From Sphingobacteriaceae bacterium (GTDB lineage: Bacteria; Bacteroidota; Bacteroidia; B-17B0; Aurantibacillaceae): 64,000 bases of DNA. Within the stretch, counting starts at the first letter, position 1; every line of letters starts with the position of its first letter. The translations under genes and the position numbers were made by a program. The DNA is taken from contig JBKDKI010000003.1 of assembly GCA_046345155.1 (NCBI GenBank), forward strand, positions 2,026 to 66,025, given 5' to 3'. Shown in pieces: positions 37,728 to 48,264 of the stretch. The notes under the pieces are model-generated. The model made no database searches, had not been told where the DNA came from, and worked only from the letters and a program-made list of their open reading frames with translations.

Positions 37728-38606
37728 ATGAAGAACAAGATAGTTTATACCATTTGTTTAGCCTGCTTATTTATATGTGGAGGCTATACCATTCAATTTA
37801 AAAAAACATCAGGCGCACATCCCGGCAGCACCGGTGCCCCGGGCGATCAAACCTGTGCGCAATTAGGATGTCATGCGGATGCACAAGTAACAGCTAATGC
37901 TGTAAATAATAATACCTTGATAATTTCAAGTGTTGATTCGTCATACATTCCGGGCGCAACCTATCAGCTAACCTTAATGGTGCAGGGTTCAATGCCAACA
38001 TCAAAATTTGGTTTTGAGATCGTTGCATTAAAAGATACTGATAGTTTAAATGTTGGTCAGTTTATTATTACAGACCCAAGTCCTGAACGAACACAGATCA
38101 TCAATCATACCTATAATTCTGATATTCGTTATTCGGTTACACATAAAACCGCAGGTACCGCTGCCTTGGCATCTAACTTCACATATTGGACATTCGATTG
38201 GAAAGCACCATTGGTTAATGAAGGAAAGATCACATTTTGGTATGCTACAAATTGTACAAACAATAATGGTCAAAATTCAGGCGATTATATCTTTTTACAT
38301 TCATTTCAAATTCATCCGGTACCTGATGCATCTATTCATGAAATAGCAACAAGTTACGATCTGAAGGCTGCTTTTGATAAAGAGACAAATGAGTTGTTAG
38401 TTAGCTATGACCTGAGAGGTAAGCGCACAGTACAATTAAATGTGTTTGATATTGCAGGTAAAAATGTATATAGCGGCGCACCTATGAAATTATCAGGTAA
38501 ACAAAAACAATCGGTATCAATTGGGGAAGGAAACATAAAAGGGACCTATTTGATCCAATTACAAATCGACGGGCATAAAGCCACCAAAAAGGTGCTAGTG
38601 AATTAA
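37728..38606 (+). CDS. Reeler-like (choice-of-anchor V type) protein with CX4CH motif and T9SS C-terminal domain
   Basis: STGAPGDQTCAQLGCH, YIPGATY, KFGFEI, WTFDWKAP...ITFWYA...NNNG. CTD VQLNVFDIAGKNV...GTYLIQLQIDG...TKKVLV. Start reassigned to ATG 37728. Confidence 0.8.
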   Translation: MKNKIVYTICLACLFICGGYTIQFKKTSGAHPGSTGAPGDQTCAQLGCHADAQVTANAVNNNTLIISSVDSSYIPGATYQLTLMVQGSMPTSKFGFEIVALKDTDSLNVGQFIITDPSPERTQIINHTYNSDIRYSVTHKTAGTAALASNFTYWTFDWKAPLVNEGKITFWYATNCTNNNGQNSGDYIFLHSFQIHPVPDASIHEIATSYDLKAAFDKETNELLVSYDLRGKRTVQLNVFDIAGKNVYSGAPMKLSGKQKQSVSIGEGNIKGTYLIQLQIDGHKATKKVLVN

Positions 38607-38613
38607 TAATTAA

Positions 38614-39372
38614 TTATTTCTTTTTCTTTGAAACAGCGCCGGGGCTAATTTCTTTCCAACCTGTTATATCGCGAATTACAACTGATGCGCAGGTTAAACC
38701 GAATACAGCAGGTAAATAAGAAATGGTTCCATAAGCCGATTTCTTGAATTTGCTCCCATCTGTTCGCATGATCGAAAATTTAGCAGGTATCTCGGTGCTA
38801 AAAACACATTTAATGCCTTTATAAATATTCATGTAACGCAAGCGTTTACGCACGTATTGTGCCATAGGGCAGGTGTGTGTATCCTTTATATCCACCACAG
38901 ATAATTTTGTTGGATCCATTTTACCGCCGGCTCCCATACTTGAAATAATACGTTGATTATTGTAGTAAGCCATTTGGATCAAATATAATTTTGGTGAGAT
39001 ACTATCGATGGCATCAATCACATAAGTGAATTTTTGTTTCATAAATTCCTTCATGTCATCCGGTGTTTTAAATTCATTAATTGCCGTAATGTCGCAATCC
39101 GGATTGATATCCTTTAAACGCGCATACATCAAGTCGGCTTTGTTTTGCCCGTGAGTTGATGAAAGAGCCTGTATTTGTCGGTTTCTGTTGGTAGGATCAA
39201 CGGTATCGCCATCTATGATGGTCATTTTTCCAACGCCCGCTCTGCAAATAGCTTCTGCGGCATAACCACCAACACCTCCAAGGCCAACCACTAAAACATG
39301 TGCGTTTATTAATTTTTCAATTCCTTTTTCGCCAACCAATAATTTGGTGCGTTCCATCCATTGTGTTTCCAT
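38614..39372 (-). CDS. tcdA: tRNA threonylcarbamoyladenosine dehydratase (ThiF/MoeB family)
   Basis: RTKLLVG, VVGLGGVGG, DGDTVDPTNRNRQ, DAIDS, SSMGAGGKMDP, GTISYLPAVFG. Confidence 0.9.
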   Translation of the reverse strand: METQWMERTKLLVGEKGIEKLINAHVLVVGLGGVGGYAAEAICRAGVGKMTIIDGDTVDPTNRNRQIQALSSTHGQNKADLMYARLKDINPDCDITAINEFKTPDDMKEFMKQKFTYVIDAIDSISPKLYLIQMAYYNNQRIISSMGAGGKMDPTKLSVVDIKDTHTCPMAQYVRKRLRYMNIYKGIKCVFSTEIPAKFSIMRTDGSKFKKSAYGTISYLPAVFGLTCASVVIRDITGWKEISPGAVSKKKK

Positions 39373-40031
39373 TACTTCACTTTTATTGCGGGGTCAAAAT
39401 TAAATACATTTTTAAAATTATCTTCAATTTGCGCCTGAATGATCTCTACGCTCACGCCTAAAAGTTCAGCCGCTTTGAGATAAACATATTTTATGGATAG
39501 ATCTGTATCATCTGTTTCCAGAAAAAAGCGTTTACGGCCTACTGCTTTTATGGCCTTTGCAGCATTACTTTCATAACCAAGTAAGGCTTTGCCAAACGAA
39601 AAGTAATAACCTTCGTTGGTTAATATACGGGCAATGTTCTCGTTATTGTTAAAACCGTGTATGATCACAGGCACAGCATTATCATTTAGGTTAAGGCAAT
39701 TGATCAATTCGTTAAATGCCTTAACACAATGAATGATCAACGGTTTGTTTAATTCATTGGCAATTCGAATATGTTCAATAAAAACCTTTTCCTGCAATTC
39801 AAAATCAACTTTGCTGAGTTTATCCAAGCCGCATTCACCAATTGCTAAACATCTTTTTTCCTTTGCGATATCATTTAGTCGTCTAAGGTCATTTTCATAG
39901 TGTTCATCAATATACCATGGATGTATACCGTAAGAATAATTATTAGTTCGATCGCCCTTTTCAACAAATAAATTCACCAGCTCTATTTGAGCATCGTAAA
40001 TTTGTGAATGCGTATGAATGTTAATAAACAC
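39372..40031 (-). CDS. TatD family hydrolase
   Basis: NIHTH, GIHPW, AIGECGLD, IIHCVKA, IIHGF, LETD. Confidence 0.92.
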   Translation of the reverse strand: MFINIHTHSQIYDAQIELVNLFVEKGDRTNNYSYGIHPWYIDEHYENDLRRLNDIAKEKRCLAIGECGLDKLSKVDFELQEKVFIEHIRIANELNKPLIIHCVKAFNELINCLNLNDNAVPVIIHGFNNNENIARILTNEGYYFSFGKALLGYESNAAKAIKAVGRKRFFLETDDTDLSIKYVYLKAAELLGVSVEIIQAQIEDNFKNVFNFDPAIKVK

Positions 40032-40104
40032 AGGTAAAAATTGCCTAATTGGCTCTTTAAAGGCCTCTCAATATTAGTAACTTTAAACTTTAAATTTTGT
40101 TCAA

Positions 40105-41520
40105 ATGGCAGTAGATTATAACAAGCTCACGTCAATAACCTTGCAAGCGTTAAAAAACATTGCAGGGGAGGAGTATGTTCATACAACGCATGATAAAATA
40201 GAGAAATACGGATCAGATGAAACCGAAGACCTCGTTTATTTACCGGAGGTGGCTGTTTGTCCGCAAACGGTTGAACAAATATCGCAAATTGCTAAATTGT
40301 GTAACGAGCATCATATTCCATTAACTACACGTGGCGCCGGAACAGGCTTAAGCGGCGGTGCACTACCGGTTAAAGGCGGCGTAGTGCTTAGTATGGAAAA
40401 ATTCAATAAGATCTTGGAAATTGACACCCGTAATTTACAGGCTACGGTTGAACCCGGGGTGATCAATTATGTTTTTCAGGATGAGGTTAAGAAGTTGGGT
40501 TTGTTTTATCCTCCTGATCCGGCAAGTTGGGGCAGTTGCAGCTTGGGCGGTAATATTGCGCATAGCAGTGGCGGACCAAAAGCAGTGAAGTATGGAACCA
40601 CCAGAGATTATGTTTTGAATTTACAGGTTGTTTTGGCCAATGGTGATGTTATTTGGACAGGAGCTAATACGTTGAAATATTCTACTGGTTATAACCTTAC
40701 ACATTTGATGGTTGGTAGCGAAGGAACGTTAGGTATTGTTACAAAAATTGTTTTTAAACTCATTCCATTACCACAGCATGATCTGTTGATGTTGGTTCCG
40801 TTTACCAGTGCCGAACAAGCGTGTGAAGCTGTTGGAGCCGTATTTAGAGCCGGCATCATTCCAAGCGCCATGGAATTTATGGAGCGTGATGCAATAGAGT
40901 GGAGCGCAAGATTTAGTGGCGAATTGAATTTTATCATTAAAGATGATTGGAAAGCCTTGTTACTTGTTGAGGTAGATGGAAATAACATGGACGTGTTGAT
41001 GTCTGATTGTGAGAAAATATCGGAGATCATGCAGCAACATGGCAGCGACGAAATATTATTTGCAGAGGGTGCCGAGCAAAAAAATGCCTTATGGAAAATA
41101 CGTAGAAAAGTAGGTGAGGCTGTTAAAAGTAATTCGATTTACAAAGAGGAGGATACAGTTGTGCCGCGCGCCGAGCTTCCAAAGCTGTTAAAAGGCGTAA
41201 AGGACATTGGCAGTAAATATGGCTTTAAGTCGGTTTGCTACGGGCATGCAGGCGATGGTAATTTGCATGTAAATATCATCAAAGGGGATCTAAGTGATAA
41301 GGTTTGGGATGAAGAATTGCCAAAAGGCATTTCAGAGATATTTGAACTTTGTAGAACATTGGGCGGTACCATTAGCGGGGAGCATGGAATTGGTATTGTG
41401 CAGCAAAAATACATGCCAATTGTTTTCCCGGAATATCAATTGGAGTTGATGCGTAATATTAAAAAAGTGTTCGATCCTAAGATGATACTTAACCCAGGAA
41501 AGATATTTATGGCAAATTGA
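40105..41520 (+). CDS. FAD-binding oxidoreductase (GlcD / D-lactate dehydrogenase family)
   Basis: RGAGTGLSGG, YPPDPAS, LGGNIA, GSEGTLG, YGHAGDGNLH, ISGEHGIG, LNPGK. Confidence 0.92.
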   Translation: MAVDYNKLTSITLQALKNIAGEEYVHTTHDKIEKYGSDETEDLVYLPEVAVCPQTVEQISQIAKLCNEHHIPLTTRGAGTGLSGGALPVKGGVVLSMEKFNKILEIDTRNLQATVEPGVINYVFQDEVKKLGLFYPPDPASWGSCSLGGNIAHSSGGPKAVKYGTTRDYVLNLQVVLANGDVIWTGANTLKYSTGYNLTHLMVGSEGTLGIVTKIVFKLIPLPQHDLLMLVPFTSAEQACEAVGAVFRAGIIPSAMEFMERDAIEWSARFSGELNFIIKDDWKALLLVEVDGNNMDVLMSDCEKISEIMQQHGSDEILFAEGAEQKNALWKIRRKVGEAVKSNSIYKEEDTVVPRAELPKLLKGVKDIGSKYGFKSVCYGHAGDGNLHVNIIKGDLSDKVWDEELPKGISEIFELCRTLGGTISGEHGIGIVQQKYMPIVFPEYQLELMRNIKKVFDPKMILNPGKIFMAN

Positions 41521-41667
41521 AGGATCTAATTTAATTGTGAATTAGGTAGTGTCTTTTAAATCATTTCCCTAAAAAACCATAAAACCATAACAAAATGTAA
41601 CTAATCCGGTTATTTACAGTATACCTTTATATTTCATGCACTCAATATTTATCCCTAAGTTTATAGT

Positions 41668-44600
41668 ATGTTTCAATTACGTATAAAACTCCTTTGCATA
41701 CTTTTATTGTTTGGTGTTACCGGTTTCTCGCAAGGAAATTTGAAATACCCCACCTTGTTATGGAAGATATCCGGTAATGGTATAAAAAAGGAAGGTTATT
41801 TGTACGGTACCATGCACGTGAGTAACCGCGTTGCTTATCATTTATCTGATCAATTTTTTGGTGCTTTAAAAAGTGCAGATGTGGTGGGTTTAGAAACTAA
41901 TCCATCGGAGTGGTTGAACAATATGGAGCTTACCGGTGAACTCAGTAAGGCTAGTGGTGTTGGTTTGTATAATCCTTACGGAGGAAATTTTTATAAGATC
42001 GTTTTCGGGATGAGATTCCCTGATAAACAGGTGTATAAATCCATTTTAAGCTTTGATCCTGAAATAATAAATGGTTTACTATACCGCCATAGTATGAGCC
42101 AGGAAAATTTTGAGGAAAACACCTACATCGATCTTTTTATTTTTCAGGCAGCTTCTAAATTAAATAAAACCATTGTTAGCCTAGAAGATTTTAAAATGGC
42201 TGAAATACAAGCCAGATTAGCTTCTTTACCGGATAGTGAGTTTGATCCTAATAGCAAGGAAGGTGATGATTATTTGAATTATAACCGTTATGGAAATGCC
42301 GTAAAAATTGAGGATGCGTACCGTGACGGAAATTTGGATGCACTGGATAGTTTAACACGCATTGGCGAAAGCAAGAATATGCAAAAATATTTGTTGCATG
42401 CACGTAATGTTTATTTTGTGCATAATATCGACTCGATCTTACGATCAGGGAAATCGTTATTCAGCGGAGTTGGCGCTGCACATTTACCAGGTACAAATGG
42501 CGTTATTGAAATGTTGCGTCGCATGAATTATAAGGTAGAGCCTGTTTACCCAAAGGATACGAAGAAGGCTGCAAAAGAACAGGATGCGATTGATAAAATG
42601 ATCAAGCCGGTTTCGTTCGAAAAGAACTATGCACCCGATTCGTTGTTCTCGGTTCAGGTTCCGGGCAAACTTACTCAGATCATGAATTTTGATAACATTA
42701 AGTATTTTATTAATGCCGATATGGTTAATGGCAACTTTTATAACATTGCACGATTAAAAACAAATGCGGCGTTAAATAATTACAATGTTTCTAAAATGAC
42801 AGTAATGTTGGATAGTTTGTTCTTTGAGAATATTCCGGGTAAGATCATCAGTAAAAAAGAAATTGAGAACAATGGCATAAAAGGCTTTGATATTGTTAAC
42901 CGCACACGCAGAGGCGATTTTCAGCGCTACCATATTTTTGTTACCGACCTGGAATTGATTCTATTTAAACTGGGAGGCAAGGGTGAATTTGTGAATTCAA
43001 GTGCCGGAAAACAATTTTTTAACTCTATTAAATTTGAGAAGAAGAAGACAAGCACAACTTTATTTGAACCCTTAACCAAAGGATTTAAAGTTCAAATTCC
43101 AAACGAATACAACTATAGCCGAAATGATTATGTTGGTGTTTCAGGTTTGGTGGAAGATCTGAGCGCTTATGATAAAAAGGATAATTTGTTTTGCGGCGTA
43201 AAGCATGCCATTTATAATGATTTCTATTATTTGGAGGAAGACACCTTTGAACTTAACCGTTTGGCAAAATATACATTAAAGAATTTTCAATTCACCAGTC
43301 AGGTAAGTACCGAGATACGCAAGGAACAAAATTTGCCATGTATTCGTTTTTCGGCAACTAATAAACATGATAAAAAGTTTCTGGGTAAGATATTTATAAA
43401 AGGCATTCATTATTATTTAGTATTTGCTATTGATGAAGCTAAATTGAACTTTGAGCATTCTTTCTTCACCTCATTTAATTTAACGGATTTTCATTATGCA
43501 AATGAGATCAAGGAGATCACAGATAAGGATCTGTACTTTAAAACGAAAGATGAAACATCAAACACGCCGGCCAGCAAGTTTAATGAGGCTTACGTAAAGG
43601 CCTATCAGGCAATAAAAGATTCGGTGAAAGTAAAAAAGAAAGTGGAAGATAATTTTGATTACATATCAAATACCAAAAACTATTACTCACCTTCAAGTCA
43701 TGAGTATGTTGAGATCTTTTATGAAAAATACAACGATTACGATTTCAGACATAAAAAGGATCTGATCAAAAAAGTAAATCAAAATTTAGGTGATCTGCTC
43801 ACCATGAAGATCCAACCGATCAAAGAAACAGATGAGAACGGATTGTATACCTATGAGTTTTACATGAAAGATACCGCAACCGTTAGGGCCATTCGTGTAA
43901 AGGTGTTCATTAAAAATGGAACCATCTACCAGGTTAAAGTGCCTTTAGATACATTGAATGGATTGAAGGGATGGGCTAATGAATTTTTTACCAATTTCAA
44001 ATTGGTTGATACCATTATTGGAAAAGATATTTTTACCTATAAGTTCACTAATTTATTGAATGATCTGATAAGTAAGGATACGGCAGTACAACGCAAGGCC
44101 AACTATTCATTGATCAATTCCATTAGTATGGAAAAAGATTACTTAAATGATTTTGTGGCCTTCATGAATTCAGATAAGTTCAATCTGTTAACTTCTGAAT
44201 CAAAAGCCCAGTTATTTGTAAATGGAGGTGTTTTTGAAAGTGATAAGATCATTGATGCATATAAGAAATTGTACACACAGTATTCTGATAGCGCTTATCT
44301 GCAAATTTGTGTGCTGAAGGGATTGGCATATTGCAGAACCAAAAATGCTTTTATAGCCATTTCTGAATTACTTCAAAAAGAAACCCCATTGGTTGGTGAT
44401 AAGGAAATGGTGGATAATGTATTTAGAGTGATGCAGGATTCATTAGAGCTATGTAAATACTTGTATCCAGGTATATTAAAGATCACTAAGAACAATGAGT
44501 ATCATGAGCCAATTTATAAAATGCTGAGTTTGCTCATCAAAAACAAATTGGTTTCGCCTCAACAGATCACTTTAAATAAAGCAGATATCATTGCTGATGC

Positions 44601-45426
44601 GAATGATGAACTGCGTCGTTATAACGCTTCGGTGCAAAGTAAAGCAAAAACCAACACAAACGCATCGGCTAATAACCTATTGGAAGAGACCATTGAAATG
44701 ATCAAAGCGAATTTAGAGACCATGGTCACTTCTGCTGCTATAAAGGATAAAAAGCAAAAAGACCGTGTAAATTTAAATAAGCAACCTTTACTGATCAACT
44801 TTGCATTTATATTATCCCCCTTTTATAAAACTGATGAGAAAGCCAAGCAATTCATTGATAAATTAAATAAAATTAAAAATGACCAAATAGCATTGCCGCT
44901 GTATGTTTTGCTTCGTACACAAAACATTGTTTTAAATGATACCATGGCAAAATATTTCAGCAAGAACATTAATACCAGAGCCTATTTTTATGGTGAATTG
45001 GAAAAAGAAGGGTTGACGAAAGTTTTTGATACAACCTATCATTTTCAAAAAAGTATTAATGAATCAATTTTAAGATCCTATGATCAGGTAAATGCATATA
45101 CCAATTATGAGCGTGAAAAGAACAAAGACAGTTTAGTGTTTGCTAAAAAAATGGGTACAAAAAATAAGTATGAGCAGGGTGAACTTTATATTTACAAGAC
45201 CATCAAAGCAAAAAAAGGTTTGGATAGATGGTCGGCCGTATTTGTGCCAAGCAACTTTGCCGATAAAGTAACAGCTAATGTAGTTGTATTCAAAATGTCT
45301 GAGATCTATAATGAAGATCTGGATCAAGAGGAAATTATGAATGAGATCGCCGATGAGTTTTCTGCAAATTACCGCAGTAGGATCATTACATCTAACCAGG
45401 CAAATTATTACGATTATCAGGAGTAA
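41668..45426 (+). CDS. Large TraB/GumN (TIKI-like) family protein
   Basis: Signal peptide, LLWKISG...YLYGTMHV, ARN, FSGVGAAHLPG...GVIEMLR in the first ~300 aa, then a ~950-aa extension. Confidence 0.85.
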   Translation: MFQLRIKLLCILLLFGVTGFSQGNLKYPTLLWKISGNGIKKEGYLYGTMHVSNRVAYHLSDQFFGALKSADVVGLETNPSEWLNNMELTGELSKASGVGLYNPYGGNFYKIVFGMRFPDKQVYKSILSFDPEIINGLLYRHSMSQENFEENTYIDLFIFQAASKLNKTIVSLEDFKMAEIQARLASLPDSEFDPNSKEGDDYLNYNRYGNAVKIEDAYRDGNLDALDSLTRIGESKNMQKYLLHARNVYFVHNIDSILRSGKSLFSGVGAAHLPGTNGVIEMLRRMNYKVEPVYPKDTKKAAKEQDAIDKMIKPVSFEKNYAPDSLFSVQVPGKLTQIMNFDNIKYFINADMVNGNFYNIARLKTNAALNNYNVSKMTVMLDSLFFENIPGKIISKKEIENNGIKGFDIVNRTRRGDFQRYHIFVTDLELILFKLGGKGEFVNSSAGKQFFNSIKFEKKKTSTTLFEPLTKGFKVQIPNEYNYSRNDYVGVSGLVEDLSAYDKKDNLFCGVKHAIYNDFYYLEEDTFELNRLAKYTLKNFQFTSQVSTEIRKEQNLPCIRFSATNKHDKKFLGKIFIKGIHYYLVFAIDEAKLNFEHSFFTSFNLTDFHYANEIKEITDKDLYFKTKDETSNTPASKFNEAYVKAYQAIKDSVKVKKKVEDNFDYISNTKNYYSPSSHEYVEIFYEKYNDYDFRHKKDLIKKVNQNLGDLLTMKIQPIKETDENGLYTYEFYMKDTATVRAIRVKVFIKNGTIYQVKVPLDTLNGLKGWANEFFTNFKLVDTIIGKDIFTYKFTNLLNDLISKDTAVQRKANYSLINSISMEKDYLNDFVAFMNSDKFNLLTSESKAQLFVNGGVFESDKIIDAYKKLYTQYSDSAYLQICVLKGLAYCRTKNAFIAISELLQKETPLVGDKEMVDNVFRVMQDSLELCKYLYPGILKITKNNEYHEPIYKMLSLLIKNKLVSPQQITLNKADIIADANDELRRYNASVQSKAKTNTNASANNLLEETIEMIKANLETMVTSAAIKDKKQKDRVNLNKQPLLINFAFILSPFYKTDEKAKQFIDKLNKIKNDQIALPLYVLLRTQNIVLNDTMAKYFSKNINTRAYFYGELEKEGLTKVFDTTYHFQKSINESILRSYDQVNAYTNYEREKNKDSLVFAKKMGTKNKYEQGELYIYKTIKAKKGLDRWSAVFVPSNFADKVTANVVVFKMSEIYNEDLDQEEIMNEIADEFSANYRSRIITSNQANYYDYQE

Positions 45427-45445
45427 ATAAGTGTATTGATAATTC

Positions 45446-46153
45446 ATGAGCAAAGGTGTTTTATATCTTTTTCCCACGCCAATAGGCGAAGAAAACATGA
45501 ATCGGGTAATTCCTGAATTCAATTTGGAGATCATCAGAAATATCAAACAATTTATTGCCGAAGATGCTAAAACGGCCCGCCGTTTTTTAAAGCAAAGCAA
45601 TTATGCGGTTATACAAGAAGCAGAAATTGCATTGTTAAATGAGCACACACAATCTTCAAGTTATTCCGAATTCATAAAGCCATTGTTAGCCGGCCACAAT
45701 GTTGGTTTAATGAGTGATGCCGGTTGTCCGGGTATCGCAGATCCGGGTGCAGAGGTTGTTAAAGCAGCCCACTTGCATGGCATAAAAGTAGTGCCGTTGG
45801 TTGGTCCGAGTTCAATTGTTTTAACCATAATGGCCAGCGGTTTCAATGGCCAGAATTTTGCTTTCAATGGTTATTTGCCAATTGATAAAGGCGCCCGTTC
45901 AAAGCGCATAAAAGAACTCGAAAACCTTGCTATGAAACACAAACAAGCGCAATACTTCATTGAAACACCTTACCGTAATGTGCAATTATTTCAGGAGCTA
46001 ATGGGTAGTTTGGGTTCAACAACATTGGTGTGTTTAGGTGTGAATTTAACGCAGACCAATGAATTGATCGTTACGCATTCGGTTGAAAAATGGAAAAAAA
46101 CTGAAATGCCTTCTATTCATAAGGTACCGGTTGTTTTCGGTATCTATTTTTAA
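45446..46153 (+). CDS. SAM-dependent tetrapyrrole-methylase family protein (RsmI-like)
   Basis: LYLFPTPIG, IAEDAKTARRFL, MSDAGCPGIADPG, PLVGPSS, FIETPYRN. Confidence 0.88.
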   Translation: MSKGVLYLFPTPIGEENMNRVIPEFNLEIIRNIKQFIAEDAKTARRFLKQSNYAVIQEAEIALLNEHTQSSSYSEFIKPLLAGHNVGLMSDAGCPGIADPGAEVVKAAHLHGIKVVPLVGPSSIVLTIMASGFNGQNFAFNGYLPIDKGARSKRIKELENLAMKHKQAQYFIETPYRNVQLFQELMGSLGSTTLVCLGVNLTQTNELIVTHSVEKWKKTEMPSIHKVPVVFGIYF

Positions 46154-46212
46154 GATCTTATTGTTTAAAACATATTGTTTGCGATCATTCGTGAGCACAT
46201 TCATTTGATAAC

Positions 46213-48207
46213 TTGCATACAATGAATTTGTTTTCGCGAATACAATCAAAGCATAATCTTTTTTTAAAATTAGGATTGGTTTTAGTTGTATCGTTTGTTT
46301 TCGCTATTTTACTTCCAAAAAAGCAAGTTAATTTTCATAACGTTGATGAATTTGACGCTATATGGCCATATAAAGATCTGGTGATCGAAGAAGATCTATT
46401 GATCAAGAAATCACAAGCAGATATTGAAGAGGAGCAAAAGAATGTATTGAAAGATGCGCCTTTGATCTTTGTGCTCGATGAAAAAGTTAAAAGCAGTAAA
46501 TTTCAGATAGCAACCGAAAACACTGCTTTAAACAAAGCCACGTTAGAAGAGCTTTTGGTTCTGTTGGATTCTATTTATTCGGTTGGAATAATTGAGGAGA
46601 AAAGTGAAGCCATCGGCAAGAATATTTTGGTGATCAGATCAAACATTGCCGAGCCATCAAATTACGCCTCATTACTGAATTTAAAACAAGCTTCAGAATT
46701 ATTAAAGAGCAAATTCGAAAAAGTTCATTCTAATTTCAATTACCTCGAGCTTTTAGATATTTCCATTCATTTTGATCCAGTGAAAACAGATGCCTATGTT
46801 AATTCGATCAATGAAAGCATCTCCATATACAAAACCGTTTTTAGTAAGGGTGACAAGTTGGTTGTTCAGGGAGAGCAGTTAACAAAGGATAAGCGCGAAG
46901 CCATCAATGAATATTTTCATTCCGTAAAGAACAATGCTACCATTTCAACACCCGTATTCATTGGTCGTTGGGGCATGATGTTCATGCTCAATATTACCTT
47001 ATTGATGTATCTGTTCTTTTTCAGAAAATCTATTTTTGGTCAAAATTTGCAGGTAGCCTTTTTGTATTTGTGTTTGGTTTGCGCTTTCGTTGCCAATTAT
47101 TATTTCTTTAAATATGGCCTAATGCTTTCGGCTTTACCATTCGTGCTCATCCCTATAATGGTTCGTGCTTTTTTTGACAGTAGAACAGCTTTATTCACGC
47201 ATTTAATTGCTGTTTTAACCTGCAGTTTTTTTATGCCCGATATGATGGAGTTTGTGATCATGCAGCTGATAACCGGTATCGGCATTTTATTCTCTATTTC
47301 TGAAATGCGAAAGCGCCAGCAAATATTAAACGCCGCAATTATAGCTGTGTTCTTTTATTGCATCATTTTTGTTTTTTATAATTTGGGCTTTGGAACAAAA
47401 GAATTGATCTTTAAGTTAACGGCTTATTTGCCTTATTTGATCAGTGGAAGTTTGGTTTTATTAGCTACACCACTTATTTTCATCAGTGAAAAGATATTTG
47501 GCTTTATTTCAGACTTTAAATTATTGGAATTATGTGACCTGAATCAGCCCTTGTTAAGAGATCTTTCACAGCAGATACCCGGCACTTTTCAGCATTCATT
47601 ACAGGTAGCTAATTTGGCGGAAGAAGCCATTTATTACGTTGGTGGTAATACTTTGCTCGTAAGGGCAGGTGCCATGTATCATGATGTTGGGAAAATATTC
47701 AACCCAAGTTATTATACCGAGAACCAAGGCGGCAATATGAATCCGCATGTTGAAATGCAGCCAAAAGAAAGTGCCAAGATCATTATTGATCACGTGATAA
47801 AAGGGATTGAACTGGCGAAACAGCACAAGCTACCGGAGCAGATCATCGATTTCATAAGAACGCACCATGGCACTACAACTGTTGGTTTTTTCTTGAATAT
47901 GCAAAAGAAAGAGCAGTCGCAAAGTTTGATAAATGAAGATGATTTCAGATATCCGGGCCCCATTCCTTTCAGCAAAGAAACTGCTGTTCTGATGCTGGCG
48001 GATGGTGTTGAAGCGGCTTCACGAAGTTTAAAGAAACATGATGCGCTAACCATCAACGATCTGGTTGATCAGATCATTGATTACAAGATCAATCAAAATC
48101 AATTGATCAATGCGGATATTACGTTTAAGGATATAACCCTGATCAAAAAAATATTTAAAAAACGATTAATGACCATCTATCATGCACGGATCGAGTATCC
48201 GTCATAA
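46213..48207 (+). CDS. 7TM-HD family phosphohydrolase (PgpH/YqfF-like)
   Basis: Extracellular domain, multiple TM helices, PGTFQHSLQVANLAE, YHDVGK, HVIKG, HHGT, FRYPGP.P, MLADGVEAASR. Confidence 0.92.
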   Translation: MHTMNLFSRIQSKHNLFLKLGLVLVVSFVFAILLPKKQVNFHNVDEFDAIWPYKDLVIEEDLLIKKSQADIEEEQKNVLKDAPLIFVLDEKVKSSKFQIATENTALNKATLEELLVLLDSIYSVGIIEEKSEAIGKNILVIRSNIAEPSNYASLLNLKQASELLKSKFEKVHSNFNYLELLDISIHFDPVKTDAYVNSINESISIYKTVFSKGDKLVVQGEQLTKDKREAINEYFHSVKNNATISTPVFIGRWGMMFMLNITLLMYLFFFRKSIFGQNLQVAFLYLCLVCAFVANYYFFKYGLMLSALPFVLIPIMVRAFFDSRTALFTHLIAVLTCSFFMPDMMEFVIMQLITGIGILFSISEMRKRQQILNAAIIAVFFYCIIFVFYNLGFGTKELIFKLTAYLPYLISGSLVLLATPLIFISEKIFGFISDFKLLELCDLNQPLLRDLSQQIPGTFQHSLQVANLAEEAIYYVGGNTLLVRAGAMYHDVGKIFNPSYYTENQGGNMNPHVEMQPKESAKIIIDHVIKGIELAKQHKLPEQIIDFIRTHHGTTTVGFFLNMQKKEQSQSLINEDDFRYPGPIPFSKETAVLMLADGVEAASRSLKKHDALTINDLVDQIIDYKINQNQLINADITFKDITLIKKIFKKRLMTIYHARIEYPS

Positions 48208-48226
48208 TTAATTCATTATCAAATAC

Positions 48227-48256
48227 TTTGTAGGTAATTAATATTTAATATCTTTG
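48227..48256 (+). promoter_or_regulatory. Bacteroidota sigmaA promoter for the wza-wzc operon
   Basis: TTTG 48227-48230, 18-nt spacer, TATCTTTG 48249-48256, 8 bp before the ATG. Confidence 0.55.
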
Positions 48257-48264
48257 TATACTAT

